Assembly (NCBI GenBank): GCA_963823665.1
Contig: CAWGMQ010000005.1
Location: forward strand, 1,312,001 to 1,376,000
DNA from: an uncultured Planctomycetota bacterium
GTDB taxonomy: Bacteria; Planctomycetota; Planctomycetia; Isosphaerales; Isosphaeraceae
Length of the DNA: 64,000 bases
Direction: 5' to 3'
Below the pieces are notes generated by a model. It searched no databases and was not told the origin of the DNA. It saw only the letters and a program-made list of their open reading frames with translations. Of this stretch, positions 48,776-57,481 are shown piece by piece. Both the position numbers and the translations under genes were made by a program. Positions within the stretch are counted from its first letter, which is position 1, and the number at the start of each line of letters is the position of its first letter.

Positions 48776-49693
48776 ATGGCGACCACTACAATACAGTCAA
48801 CAACGCCAAGGACTTCCGGCGGTAGGCCGGCTCGGGGCAGAGGGAAGGCGGGATACTCGATGGCTCGTCCCAAAAAATCGTTGGTGCGACGGATCCTGGT
48901 GCAGACGGACTGCGCGTTCTGGTGCATTCACGACAATCTGGACGTACTCGCGTTTCTGGGATTGCCGACTCTCGGCGTTCTGGTTGCGGGCGCACTTGCG
49001 GTGGTGGGCGTGTGGCGGACGTGGGAATTCTCGGTGGGGATCAATGTTCTTGCCGCGGTATTCGTGCTGCCGTTCCTTGCGCTTTGGATCTTCACGGTGC
49101 TACCTCTGCCGTGTGCGGTTTTTGCCTGGAAGATCGCCGGTGGAGAGCGACCGACCGCCGGGGAATGCTTTGCGTTCTGCCGGCAGCGCATGGGGCGGCT
49201 GTCCTGGATTCTCTTCCGCATGGCATTGCTCTGGCTGGGGTCAATGCTGCTTCTGTGGGTGCCGCTGTTCTGGGCGTTGCCGAAGACGTGCCTGGCGCCC
49301 CTGGTCGCGCTCTTCGAAGACACGCCGAAGGTGTTTCGCCGGAGCGGGCGGCTGCTGCGCGAGGATTATGGCGTGTCGCTGATGGGCTTTCTGTACGTGG
49401 CGATGGGGGTAGTGCTGGGAGGGCTGGTGGTGCTGCCGCGCGTGCTTCTGGGCACGCCGATGCTGGGCGCGCACATCCTGGACGAACGCTGGCGGCCGGC
49501 GGTGGTGGACAAGCTCTGGATTTTCGAGACGATGTCAGTGGCGATGCTGTTGACCGCGATGGCGATGAGCTGGTGGGTCTCGGCGACGTTTCTTTACCAC
49601 GACATTCGATGGAACCGCGAGGGGGAGTATCTCAAGCGGCGAGTTGCCACGCTGCGCGGCAAGCTCGCGGCGGGATGGGGTGCACAAACATGA
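48776..49693 (+). CDS. Polytopic membrane protein, first gene of the DUF4129/MoxR operon
   Basis: About six hydrophobic segments, RRSGRL, LYHDIRWNREG near the C-terminus; ATGA-coupled to the next gene. Confidence 0.75.
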   Translation: MATTTIQSTTPRTSGGRPARGRGKAGYSMARPKKSLVRRILVQTDCAFWCIHDNLDVLAFLGLPTLGVLVAGALAVVGVWRTWEFSVGINVLAAVFVLPFLALWIFTVLPLPCAVFAWKIAGGERPTAGECFAFCRQRMGRLSWILFRMALLWLGSMLLLWVPLFWALPKTCLAPLVALFEDTPKVFRRSGRLLREDYGVSLMGFLYVAMGVVLGGLVVLPRVLLGTPMLGAHILDERWRPAVVDKLWIFETMSVAMLLTAMAMSWWVSATFLYHDIRWNREGEYLKRRVATLRGKLAAGWGAQT

Positions 49694-50670
49694 CGGGCGG
49701 TTCCGGAGCGGGGGGGGAGTGGTTGGTCAGAATGGGGGTCGCGTTGCTTGTGGCGGCGTGCGCGATGGGGACGGTGCGCGTGGTTGGGGCAGAACCCCCC
49801 CTGGCGCCCCCTTCTCAAGGGGGGGAAAGGGAGACAAGTCGAGAGACCACGACGCTGTACCGGGAGGCGGGGGCGGACGGGGTTGGCTCACCCCCCCTGG
49901 CCCCCCCTTCTCAAGAGGGAGGAAGGGAGGGAGGGGCTCAAAAGAGGGCAGCGACCGGGGTTGACCCTGGGGTTGCTGCCAGAGAGGTGCTCGGGGGTGA
50001 GGATTACTGGTGGAAACATATTGAATCGAGGACGGTTCAGCTCACTGGACCGCTGGCGTTCTTGCAGCGAGTTCTGGAATGGATCGGCCGGGTGCTCAAG
50101 CCGGTTTGGGATTTCATCGTCGAGGTCGCGCGCTACATCTTCCGCGTGTTCCGCGGACTTTACGCGGTGCTGAGAGGCGACTGGTCGGAGGGGATGAATT
50201 TGATCTGGCTGGTCGCGGTGGTGGTTTTGGGCTGGGCGATGTGGAAGCTGTCTCCGCTGCTGAAGTATCTGCCCGTGATCGCGCGGTGGTTTGGGAGCGG
50301 CGGGGCGCCGGGCGCGAACGACGCGACCACGGCAGGCTGGCAGACTCTGCCGGAGCCATCTGACTTATTCATGCAAGCCAGTGACGCGTTTGCCGCCCGC
50401 GCATTTGCCGATGCGATCCGGCTGGCGCTTCTGGCGCTGATCGCGCGGCTGGAAAAGCAAGGGCTGTTGCGGTACGACAATACGCGAACGAATCGCGAGT
50501 ATCAGAGGGAGCTTCGTCCCCACCAGGACCTGGCCGCGAGGTTTGCGCACCTGGCGCGGATTTATGAGCGCGTCTGGTACGGGCGGGAGAAAGCGGGGCC
50601 CGCCGAGGCTCAGGAAGCGATCGGCCTTTGCAAGCTTTTGATCAACGGGGAGGAGCTCGTCGCTGAGTAA
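49690..50670 (+). CDS. DUF4129 domain membrane protein
   Basis: AIRLALLALIARLE...TRTNREY...YERVWYG. Two in-frame REP-derived PPLAPPSQ peptides near the N-terminus. Confidence 0.82.
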   Translation: MTGGSGAGGEWLVRMGVALLVAACAMGTVRVVGAEPPLAPPSQGGERETSRETTTLYREAGADGVGSPPLAPPSQEGGREGGAQKRAATGVDPGVAAREVLGGEDYWWKHIESRTVQLTGPLAFLQRVLEWIGRVLKPVWDFIVEVARYIFRVFRGLYAVLRGDWSEGMNLIWLVAVVVLGWAMWKLSPLLKYLPVIARWFGSGGAPGANDATTAGWQTLPEPSDLFMQASDAFAARAFADAIRLALLALIARLEKQGLLRYDNTRTNREYQRELRPHQDLAARFAHLARIYERVWYGREKAGPAEAQEAIGLCKLLINGEELVAE

Positions 50671-51916
50671 ACCGACGCGGGCCCGGTGGGTTTTGCTGGG
50701 GATCGTGGCACTGGGCGTCATCAGCTTGATCTTGCTCGAGAGCCGGCTGCGGGTGAATTACCGGACGGCGCTCTCCGGCTGCGCGCAGGAAAACGGCACA
50801 GGAGGGGCGTCGGGGGTGTATCGCTGGGCCGAACGGATCGGCGTTCCAGTCAAGGTTCTGGGGGATCCGATCTGGGAGGCTTCGCGGTCGCTGCGGTCGG
50901 TCGAGGGAAACTGCATCGTGACGATGGGGGATGGGTCGTGGTCGCCGACTGGGGAGAGCCTGGACACGGCGAACTGGGTGACGACGCGGGAGTGGGTGGC
51001 GCGGGGCAATACCCTGATCGTCGTGACGGGCGAGCCCGGAACGTTGCCGTCGGAAATGCGCAAGGAGCTGATTCCGCCGACGTTTCAGGAAAGCGGATCG
51101 GTCTACAAGGCATTCGAGAAGGTCTTCGTTAACCGCGAGCTCGAGACAGCCCGGGCTCCCGACATTTTCGGAGGAGCGCTCGAGGTCGATGCGAACGGAC
51201 CGCGGTGGACAGTGCCTTCTCAGCCGGCGGCCGGAGCCGCGCCGGGCGGTACAGGAAAGGCCTCGTCGAACGCGGCGAGCGCTCCGAAAGATGTGGATTG
51301 GCAGCTTGCCGCGGACGCACGCGGAGGGGTTTTGTTTCGGATCCCGGTTCGGCGCGGGGCGGTCTATGTGCTGCTCGATGAATTTGCGTGGACGAACAGC
51401 GGGCTGGACCATGCGGACAACGCGCGCGTGCTGGCGGCGGTGCTCAACCGCGAACTTCGTGGCGGCGTGCTGGCATTCGATGAATACCGGCATGGGCACG
51501 GGCGTGCCGAGTCGTTTCTGGTCTATTTCTTGAACTTGCCGGGATCGACGGCGTTTTTGTGGCTGGGCGTGGTCTGGGGGGGCTTTTACTGGTTTGGCCG
51601 GAACGTCCGGCTCAAGCCGGTTGAGCCGTATGTCGAGCAGGAGCGGAGGACGGCGCAGGAGTACATCGACGCCGTCGCTGCGCTTTACGAGCGGGCGCGG
51701 GCGGCACCGCTCGTGGTTGAAGCGGTGGCGCGGCGGCTTCGCCAGTTTTCACGCTCGTCGCCGGACTGCCCGCCCTCGGTCGAGTCGATCCTGGAAACGG
51801 CCGAGCAGTACGTGAAGAAAGCGGAGCGGCCTGCTTTTCCAACGACAGCCATCGATCTTGTAAACCAACTCATTCAGCTTCGGAAGAAAGTCTATGGAAC
51901 TCGCGCAGCTTCATGA
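50663..51916 (+). CDS. DUF4350 domain protein
   Basis: N-terminal TM, WVARGNTLIV, WTNSGLDHADNA, FDEYRHG, EYIDAVAALYERA. Start at 50663 or 50693. Confidence 0.78.
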   Translation: MSKPTRARWVLLGIVALGVISLILLESRLRVNYRTALSGCAQENGTGGASGVYRWAERIGVPVKVLGDPIWEASRSLRSVEGNCIVTMGDGSWSPTGESLDTANWVTTREWVARGNTLIVVTGEPGTLPSEMRKELIPPTFQESGSVYKAFEKVFVNRELETARAPDIFGGALEVDANGPRWTVPSQPAAGAAPGGTGKASSNAASAPKDVDWQLAADARGGVLFRIPVRRGAVYVLLDEFAWTNSGLDHADNARVLAAVLNRELRGGVLAFDEYRHGHGRAESFLVYFLNLPGSTAFLWLGVVWGGFYWFGRNVRLKPVEPYVEQERRTAQEYIDAVAALYERARAAPLVVEAVARRLRQFSRSSPDCPPSVESILETAEQYVKKAERPAFPTTAIDLVNQLIQLRKKVYGTRAAS

Positions 51917-52850
51917 ACACGCGGGCCGGCTCAAGGCCGGCCTGCGCCGGGTTTTCTTCGGTCAGGACGATGTGCTCGACCAGCTTCTGGCCACGCTCTA
52001 TGCGGGCGGCCACGTGCTGCTCGAAGGCGTTCCGGGGCTGGGGAAGACGTTACTGGCGAAGAGTCTCGCCCGGTTGTTCAACGCCGACTTCCAGCGCATC
52101 CAGTTCACGCCGGACCTCATGCCCTCCGATATTCTCGGCACCGAGGTCTTTCAGCTCGCCTCGCAGAGCTTTCAATTGCGCAAGGGACCGATTTTCACCA
52201 CGATTCTGCTGGCCGACGAGATCAACCGGGCCCCGCCCAAGACGCAGGCGGCGCTCCTGCAGGTGATGGAGGAACGCCTGGTCTCGCTGGGAACGCAGAC
52301 GTATTCGCTGCCGCCGTTGTTCACGGTGGTGGCGACACAGAATCCGATCGAGTACGAAGGGACGTATCCGCTGCCCGAGGCGCAGGTCGACCGTTTCATG
52401 ACCAAGATCCTGCTGCGCTATCCCAGCGCGGATGAGGAGCTTTTGATACTCGAGGCCTATGACCAGGGAAAGGACCTGCATCTTGCTGCGCAGCAGGAGC
52501 TCGTGCCGGTAACCAACCCCGAGGAAGTGCTGGCAGCGCGGCACGACCTGGTGGGCGTGAAGACCAGCCCGCAGGTGATGCGCTATCTGGTTGACGTGGT
52601 CAGGGCGACTCGTTCGTCTCCGCATCTCCAGGTGGGCGCCAGCCCAAGGGCGGCCGTGCATTTGCTGCTGGCGAGCAAAACGCTTGCCGGGCTGGATGGG
52701 CGCGAATTTGTGACACCGGATGACGTCAAGGCGGCGGCGCCGGCGGTTCTCCGCCATCGGCTGCTCCTGACACCGGAAGCTCAGATTGCAGCCGAGACTC
52801 CCGACCGCGTGCTCACGAGGGCACTGGCTCAGGTGGAAGTGCCACGCTAG
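51894..52850 (+). CDS. MoxR family AAA+ ATPase
   Basis: LLEGVPGLGKT, RIQFTPDLMPSD, LADEINRAPPKTQAALL, ATQNPIEYEGTYPLPEAQ, GASPRA. Confidence 0.95.
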   Translation: MELAQLHEHAGRLKAGLRRVFFGQDDVLDQLLATLYAGGHVLLEGVPGLGKTLLAKSLARLFNADFQRIQFTPDLMPSDILGTEVFQLASQSFQLRKGPIFTTILLADEINRAPPKTQAALLQVMEERLVSLGTQTYSLPPLFTVVATQNPIEYEGTYPLPEAQVDRFMTKILLRYPSADEELLILEAYDQGKDLHLAAQQELVPVTNPEEVLAARHDLVGVKTSPQVMRYLVDVVRATRSSPHLQVGASPRAAVHLLLASKTLAGLDGREFVTPDDVKAAAPAVLRHRLLLTPEAQIAAETPDRVLTRALAQVEVPR

Positions 52851-52854
52851 CGAT

Positions 52855-54168
52855 ATGATCATACCCACTCGACGATTCATGTGGCTGGCGGCGGTTCCGC
52901 TTGTCGTGGTCCTGAACGGACGCGGCACACCGGGAGCGATCGAAACGGCGTGGATCTTGATGGGTGTGATCATCGCCGCGTTCCTCGCAGACGGCTTCAT
53001 TGCGGGCACTCAGGTGCGGTTGCGCCTCGATCGCGAGGCACCGGCACAACTCTACGTGGAGCAACCCAATCGCATTGGGTGGGTGATCGAGAACCCCAAT
53101 GCGTTCCCCCTCGAGCTCGTGCTTTCGGACCGCGTGCCCGAGGGCGCGACGGCCGACCCACACGTGCTCGAGCTGAAAGCGCCGCCGCGGTCGCGCACGA
53201 CCTTGGAGTACGAGCTGATTCCCACGGCGCGCGGCATGGTCGCGTTCGGCGATCTCGACTTCCGAGTTCGCGGGCGGATGGGCCTGGCGTGGTCGCAAAA
53301 GAAGCTGCGGGCGCGGCTGGAAGTTCCGTGTCTTCCACACCTTGCCAACGCCAAGGCGGCCGAGCTGGCGGAGCGGCGAGCGCTTCTTCGCCAGGCGGGG
53401 AGCCACCGCTATCGATGGCGCGGCGCCGGCACGGCGTTCGAGTCGCTGCGCGAATACAGCTCCCAGGACGACATTCGCTGGGTGGACTGGAAGGCGACCG
53501 CGCGGCTATCGCGGCCGATCAGCCGGAACTACGAGGTCGAGCGGCATCAGCAGGTCGTGCTGCTCGTCGATTCGAGCCGGGCACTGTCGACGTTCTGCGG
53601 CCATCGAACGAAGTTCGACGCCATGCTCGAAGCAGCGATCCTCGTGGCCCGCGCGGCACTGGGGCAAGGAGACGGCCTGGGCCTGATCGCGTTTTCGGAC
53701 CAGGTCGACGCCTATCTTCACCCGCGCCGGGAGCGAGCGCAGTTGAAGGCGGTGCTCGAGCATCTTTACGCCAAGCTGCCGCGGCTGGTGGAACCGAATT
53801 ACGAGGCGGCGCTTACCCTTGCGGCCAAGCGGAACTCGCGGCGAACGCTATTCATTCTGTTCACCGACATCACGGTGACCGAGGCAGCGCGCCGCATGAT
53901 GGTCTACCTTCGCGTGCTCACACCGCGGCATCTGCCGCTGGTCGTGACGATCGCCGACGAAACGATCGAAGAGAATGAGCTGCTGGAGCCGCGCACACCT
54001 CAAGAACTTTATCGCGTGGGCGTCGCCACGGAGCTGATGTATGAACGAACGCTGTTGCTCGAGGAGCTGCGGCGCTCGGGTGTCGAAGTCCTGGACTGCC
54101 GCGCTGACCAGGTTGCCGCGCGGGCGATCGAGCGCTATCTCGAGCTCAAGCGGCGGCTGCGGCTGTAG
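52855..54168 (+). CDS. DUF58 (vWA-like) domain protein
   Basis: FESLREY..QDDIRWVDWKATAR, LLVDSSR, FTD. Confidence 0.9.
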   Translation: MIIPTRRFMWLAAVPLVVVLNGRGTPGAIETAWILMGVIIAAFLADGFIAGTQVRLRLDREAPAQLYVEQPNRIGWVIENPNAFPLELVLSDRVPEGATADPHVLELKAPPRSRTTLEYELIPTARGMVAFGDLDFRVRGRMGLAWSQKKLRARLEVPCLPHLANAKAAELAERRALLRQAGSHRYRWRGAGTAFESLREYSSQDDIRWVDWKATARLSRPISRNYEVERHQQVVLLVDSSRALSTFCGHRTKFDAMLEAAILVARAALGQGDGLGLIAFSDQVDAYLHPRRERAQLKAVLEHLYAKLPRLVEPNYEAALTLAAKRNSRRTLFILFTDITVTEAARRMMVYLRVLTPRHLPLVVTIADETIEENELLEPRTPQELYRVGVATELMYERTLLLEELRRSGVEVLDCRADQVAARAIERYLELKRRLRL

Positions 54169-54182
54169 AATCGAGGACACTC

Positions 54183-54926
54183 TTGATCCGAGTCGAAGAC
54201 TATCACAAGACCTATCGCGCACTCGTGGCCGTCGACGGACTGAGCTTCGAGGTCAGCCCCGGGGCGGTCATGGGGCTGGTCGGGCCCAACGGCGCGGGGA
54301 AGACAACCACGATGCGCGCGCTGGCCGGGATCATTCGGCCGACTCGCGGCCGGTTGTTTGTCGCGGGGCATGACGTCGTTCAAGATCCAATCGCCGCCAA
54401 GCGCGAGCTGGCTTATATCCCGGACGACCCGAAGCTGTTCGATGCCCTGACGGTCTGGGAGCACCTGGAGTTCATCGCCTCGGCTTACCGCGTGGATGAC
54501 TTCGTTCCCAAAGGCGAGGCCCTGCTCGAGCAGTTCGAGCTGGTTGAAAAGCGGAAGGAGCTGGCCCAGACGCTTTCGCGCGGCATGCGGCAGAAGGTGG
54601 CGATTTGCTGTGCGTACCTGCACGACCCCAAGGCCATTCTCTTCGATGAGCCGCTCACGGGACTGGACCCGTACGCAATCCGGACGCTGAAGGCGTCGAT
54701 CGCCGATCGGGCCCGCTCCGGCGCCGCCGTCGTCGTCAGCTCACATTTGCTCACGCTCGTCGAAGACCTGTGCACGCACCTGCTGATCCTGAACAAGGGC
54801 CGCTGTCTTTTCTATGGCTCGCTCGACGAGGCCCGGGCGAAGTATAAAGGGCTGCAAGGCGACGACACCGTCACCTCGCTCGAGGATGTCTTCTTCCGGG
54901 CCACCGAAACACACATCCGATCTTGA
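54183..54926 (+). CDS. ABC transporter ATP-binding protein
   Basis: GPNGAGKTT, LSRGMRQK, LFDEP, SSH. Confidence 0.95.
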   Translation: MIRVEDYHKTYRALVAVDGLSFEVSPGAVMGLVGPNGAGKTTTMRALAGIIRPTRGRLFVAGHDVVQDPIAAKRELAYIPDDPKLFDALTVWEHLEFIASAYRVDDFVPKGEALLEQFELVEKRKELAQTLSRGMRQKVAICCAYLHDPKAILFDEPLTGLDPYAIRTLKASIADRARSGAAVVVSSHLLTLVEDLCTHLLILNKGRCLFYGSLDEARAKYKGLQGDDTVTSLEDVFFRATETHIRS

Positions 54927-54936
54927 CGCGGCACCG

Positions 54937-56580
54937 ATGCATCCAGCGCTTTACAAACTGACGCTGCTCACGTTCAAAGCGAACGTGCGACGGCTGTTTC
55001 GCGGGGCACGCACCGTGCGCGGGGCGTTCTTGATCGTCTTCATGATCGGCATCTTCGCGATGGGGATCGGGCCCTCATTGTTCATCGCCACGATGCGAAA
55101 CAACCCGGCGGGCCAGTTCTTCCGCGGCCTGGCCGAGCCGTACTTGCCGCTCTTGCTGCTGGGCGTGACCTTGCTCTTCATCTTCACCTCGGCGGGCGAG
55201 AGGGCCCTCTACTTCAGTCCTTCCGAAGTCGATTTCCTGTTCCCGGCGCCGTTCCATCGACGGGACATCCTTGTCTTCAAGCTCACGAAGCTGCTGGTCG
55301 GCCTGATCTTGATGTCACTGATTTTTGCGACGTCATGTCTGATCTATCTGAATTCGTGGCTCGCGGCCTTTGTCGGCATCTTCCTGGCCCTAGGGTTTGT
55401 GCAACTGCTTGCGCTGGCAACGGCGTTCGTGGGGCAGATCGTCTCGGAGCATGCGTACAACAGCAAGCGACGGTTGGTCCTCCTGTCGATCGGCGTGCTG
55501 GCCTTCGCGGCACTGGCTCAGATGCTGTGGCAAACTCCGTTACAGAGCCCCGCGGAGCTGGCTCGAAGCCTGCGCGGATCGTGGGCCGGGATGGTGTTGC
55601 TGGCGCCTTTCGAGGTTTTCAGCCATGCGATCCTGGCGACGAACTGGTTCCCCGAGCTGGTCTGCTGGTCGGCGGGGGCGCTGGCGATCGACCTGGGGCT
55701 TCTGGCTTTGATCTTTAAGCTGGACGCCGATTACATCGAGTCGGCTGCGCACGTCAGCCAGAAGCTGTACGAGCGGATTCAGCAGATGAAGCAAGGGGGT
55801 GGGCTCGCGCTGCCGGTTTCGGCAAAAGCGTCGCGGATGCGCCTCGGCCGGCTTCCCTGGCTGGGCGGGGTGGGGCCGCTGGCATGGCGGCAGGTCTTGA
55901 TCGCGATGCGCACGTCCAGGTATGCCCTGATCATTTCGCTGGGAATCGGCATCGTGATCGCGGTCATGGCGTTCGTCACGAACCGCAGCCGGCCAGGCGG
56001 CGATTTTGTGTCAATGATGGGCGTGGGATTCATGGCGTATCTGACGTTCATTTTCTCGATGCAGCTTCCCTGGGGATTTCGCGGCGACATCGTGCACATG
56101 GACGTTCTCAAGTCGCTACCGGTCGCTCCTCTGGCGGTGGCGGCCGGCGAGCTGGCCGGTGGTGTCGTGCTGCTCGCGGGGATTCAGCTCGTGCTGCTGA
56201 TCGGTCTGCTCGGAGCCGGTGGAAACGCCGCGCTCGTCGTTACAGTCATGGCATTTCTGGTCCCCTTTGATCTGGTGATGCTTGCCCTCTCCAACACGCT
56301 GTTCTTGATCTACCCGGTCCGATTCGCCCCGGGGACCTCGGCCGACTTCCAGATGGTCGGGCGGATGATGCTGCTCATGTTGCTCCAGTTCTTGGTCCTC
56401 ATTCCAGCAATGGGTGTCCCGGCTGGTCTGGCCGGGCTTGCCTATGTGCTGAGCGGATTCCAGCTCCCGGTATTCGCGGCTGTTGCCTGGGTCTTGCTCG
56501 TGGCCGAGGTCCCGCTCTGGCTGTTCCTGCTGGCCTCGATGTTCGTGCGTTTTGACCCAGGCACGGAGACACCGCCATGA
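54937..56580 (+). CDS. Putative ABC exporter permease
   Basis: More than 10 TM segments, FSPSEVDFLFPAPF, FRGD...LKSLP; follows the ATPase. Confidence 0.82.
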   Translation: MHPALYKLTLLTFKANVRRLFRGARTVRGAFLIVFMIGIFAMGIGPSLFIATMRNNPAGQFFRGLAEPYLPLLLLGVTLLFIFTSAGERALYFSPSEVDFLFPAPFHRRDILVFKLTKLLVGLILMSLIFATSCLIYLNSWLAAFVGIFLALGFVQLLALATAFVGQIVSEHAYNSKRRLVLLSIGVLAFAALAQMLWQTPLQSPAELARSLRGSWAGMVLLAPFEVFSHAILATNWFPELVCWSAGALAIDLGLLALIFKLDADYIESAAHVSQKLYERIQQMKQGGGLALPVSAKASRMRLGRLPWLGGVGPLAWRQVLIAMRTSRYALIISLGIGIVIAVMAFVTNRSRPGGDFVSMMGVGFMAYLTFIFSMQLPWGFRGDIVHMDVLKSLPVAPLAVAAGELAGGVVLLAGIQLVLLIGLLGAGGNAALVVTVMAFLVPFDLVMLALSNTLFLIYPVRFAPGTSADFQMVGRMMLLMLLQFLVLIPAMGVPAGLAGLAYVLSGFQLPVFAAVAWVLLVAEVPLWLFLLASMFVRFDPGTETPP

Positions 56581-56582
56581 CC

Positions 56583-56610
56583 ATTTTGGATTTTAGATTT
56601 TGGATTTTGG
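56583..56610. repeat. Heptamer tandem repeat (atttt(g/a)g)x4
   Basis: attttgg-attttag-attttgg-attttgg directly after the permease stop. Confidence 0.9.
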
Positions 56611-56845
56611 GCCGGGCGGGTGGGAGGCGCGAGGCATGCCGCTTCTCAAGCTGGCTGGCTCCGCCCCCGACTTTCCCGCGCCGGGCTCTTGCCGCCTGGC
56701 GCGCGCGGCGTAGTGTAATTGTTTTGATGAGGGAACCCGAACCGGGTGTGGGCCGGACCCGACCCGCCCGGCTTGAATGGAAGCTTGATGGATCAGGGAT
56801 GAAGCAATAGACGTTCGGGGCGAAATAGAACGGGAGATCGGCTCG

Positions 56846-57478
56846 ATGCGAGAACAAGAACCCAGAAAACCCGGTGGGCCCTCCGGCCACAGCCGTCGCG
56901 ATTTCCTGCGGGGTTCCGGCGTGGCGGCCGCCACAGCCGTTCTGACCAGCCAGGCAACCCTTGCGCTCGACGAGGCCAGGGCCGCACAGGAAGGGCCGAA
57001 GGTTGTTTCGGGTGCGGTTGATGTCAAGCTCAAGATCAACGGCGCCGATCGCGACTGCACCATCGAGCCCCGGAGCACTTTGCTTGACGTGATGCGTCAC
57101 CAACTGGACGTCACGGGGCCGAAGCGGGTGTGCGACCGGGCGAGCTGCGGGGCCTGCACGACCATCGTCGACGGCGATCCCGTGTATTCGTGCACCACGC
57201 TGGCGATCTCGTGCCAGGGCAAGACGATCGAGACGATCGAGAGCTTCGGAACGGACGAGAAGAGCGTGCCTCACGCCTTTCATCAAAACGATGGGCTCAT
57301 GTGCGGTTACTGCACGCCGGGGTTTGTCACGTCTTGCAAGGCGTTCCTCGACAAGAACCCGAATCCGACCATCGACGAAGTGCGTAAGGGGCTCGACGGC
57401 AATATCTGCCGGTGCGGCACCTATGTGGGCGTTCTGAATGCGGCGCTTGCCGCGGCCAAAGCCATGAAAGGAGCGTGA
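56846..57478 (+). CDS. Xanthine dehydrogenase family 2Fe-2S subunit with Tat signal
   Basis: SRRDFLR, CDRASCGACT, MCGYCTPG, GNICRCG. Confidence 0.93.
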   Translation: MREQEPRKPGGPSGHSRRDFLRGSGVAAATAVLTSQATLALDEARAAQEGPKVVSGAVDVKLKINGADRDCTIEPRSTLLDVMRHQLDVTGPKRVCDRASCGACTTIVDGDPVYSCTTLAISCQGKTIETIESFGTDEKSVPHAFHQNDGLMCGYCTPGFVTSCKAFLDKNPNPTIDEVRKGLDGNICRCGTYVGVLNAALAAAKAMKGA

Positions 57479-57481
57479 ACC

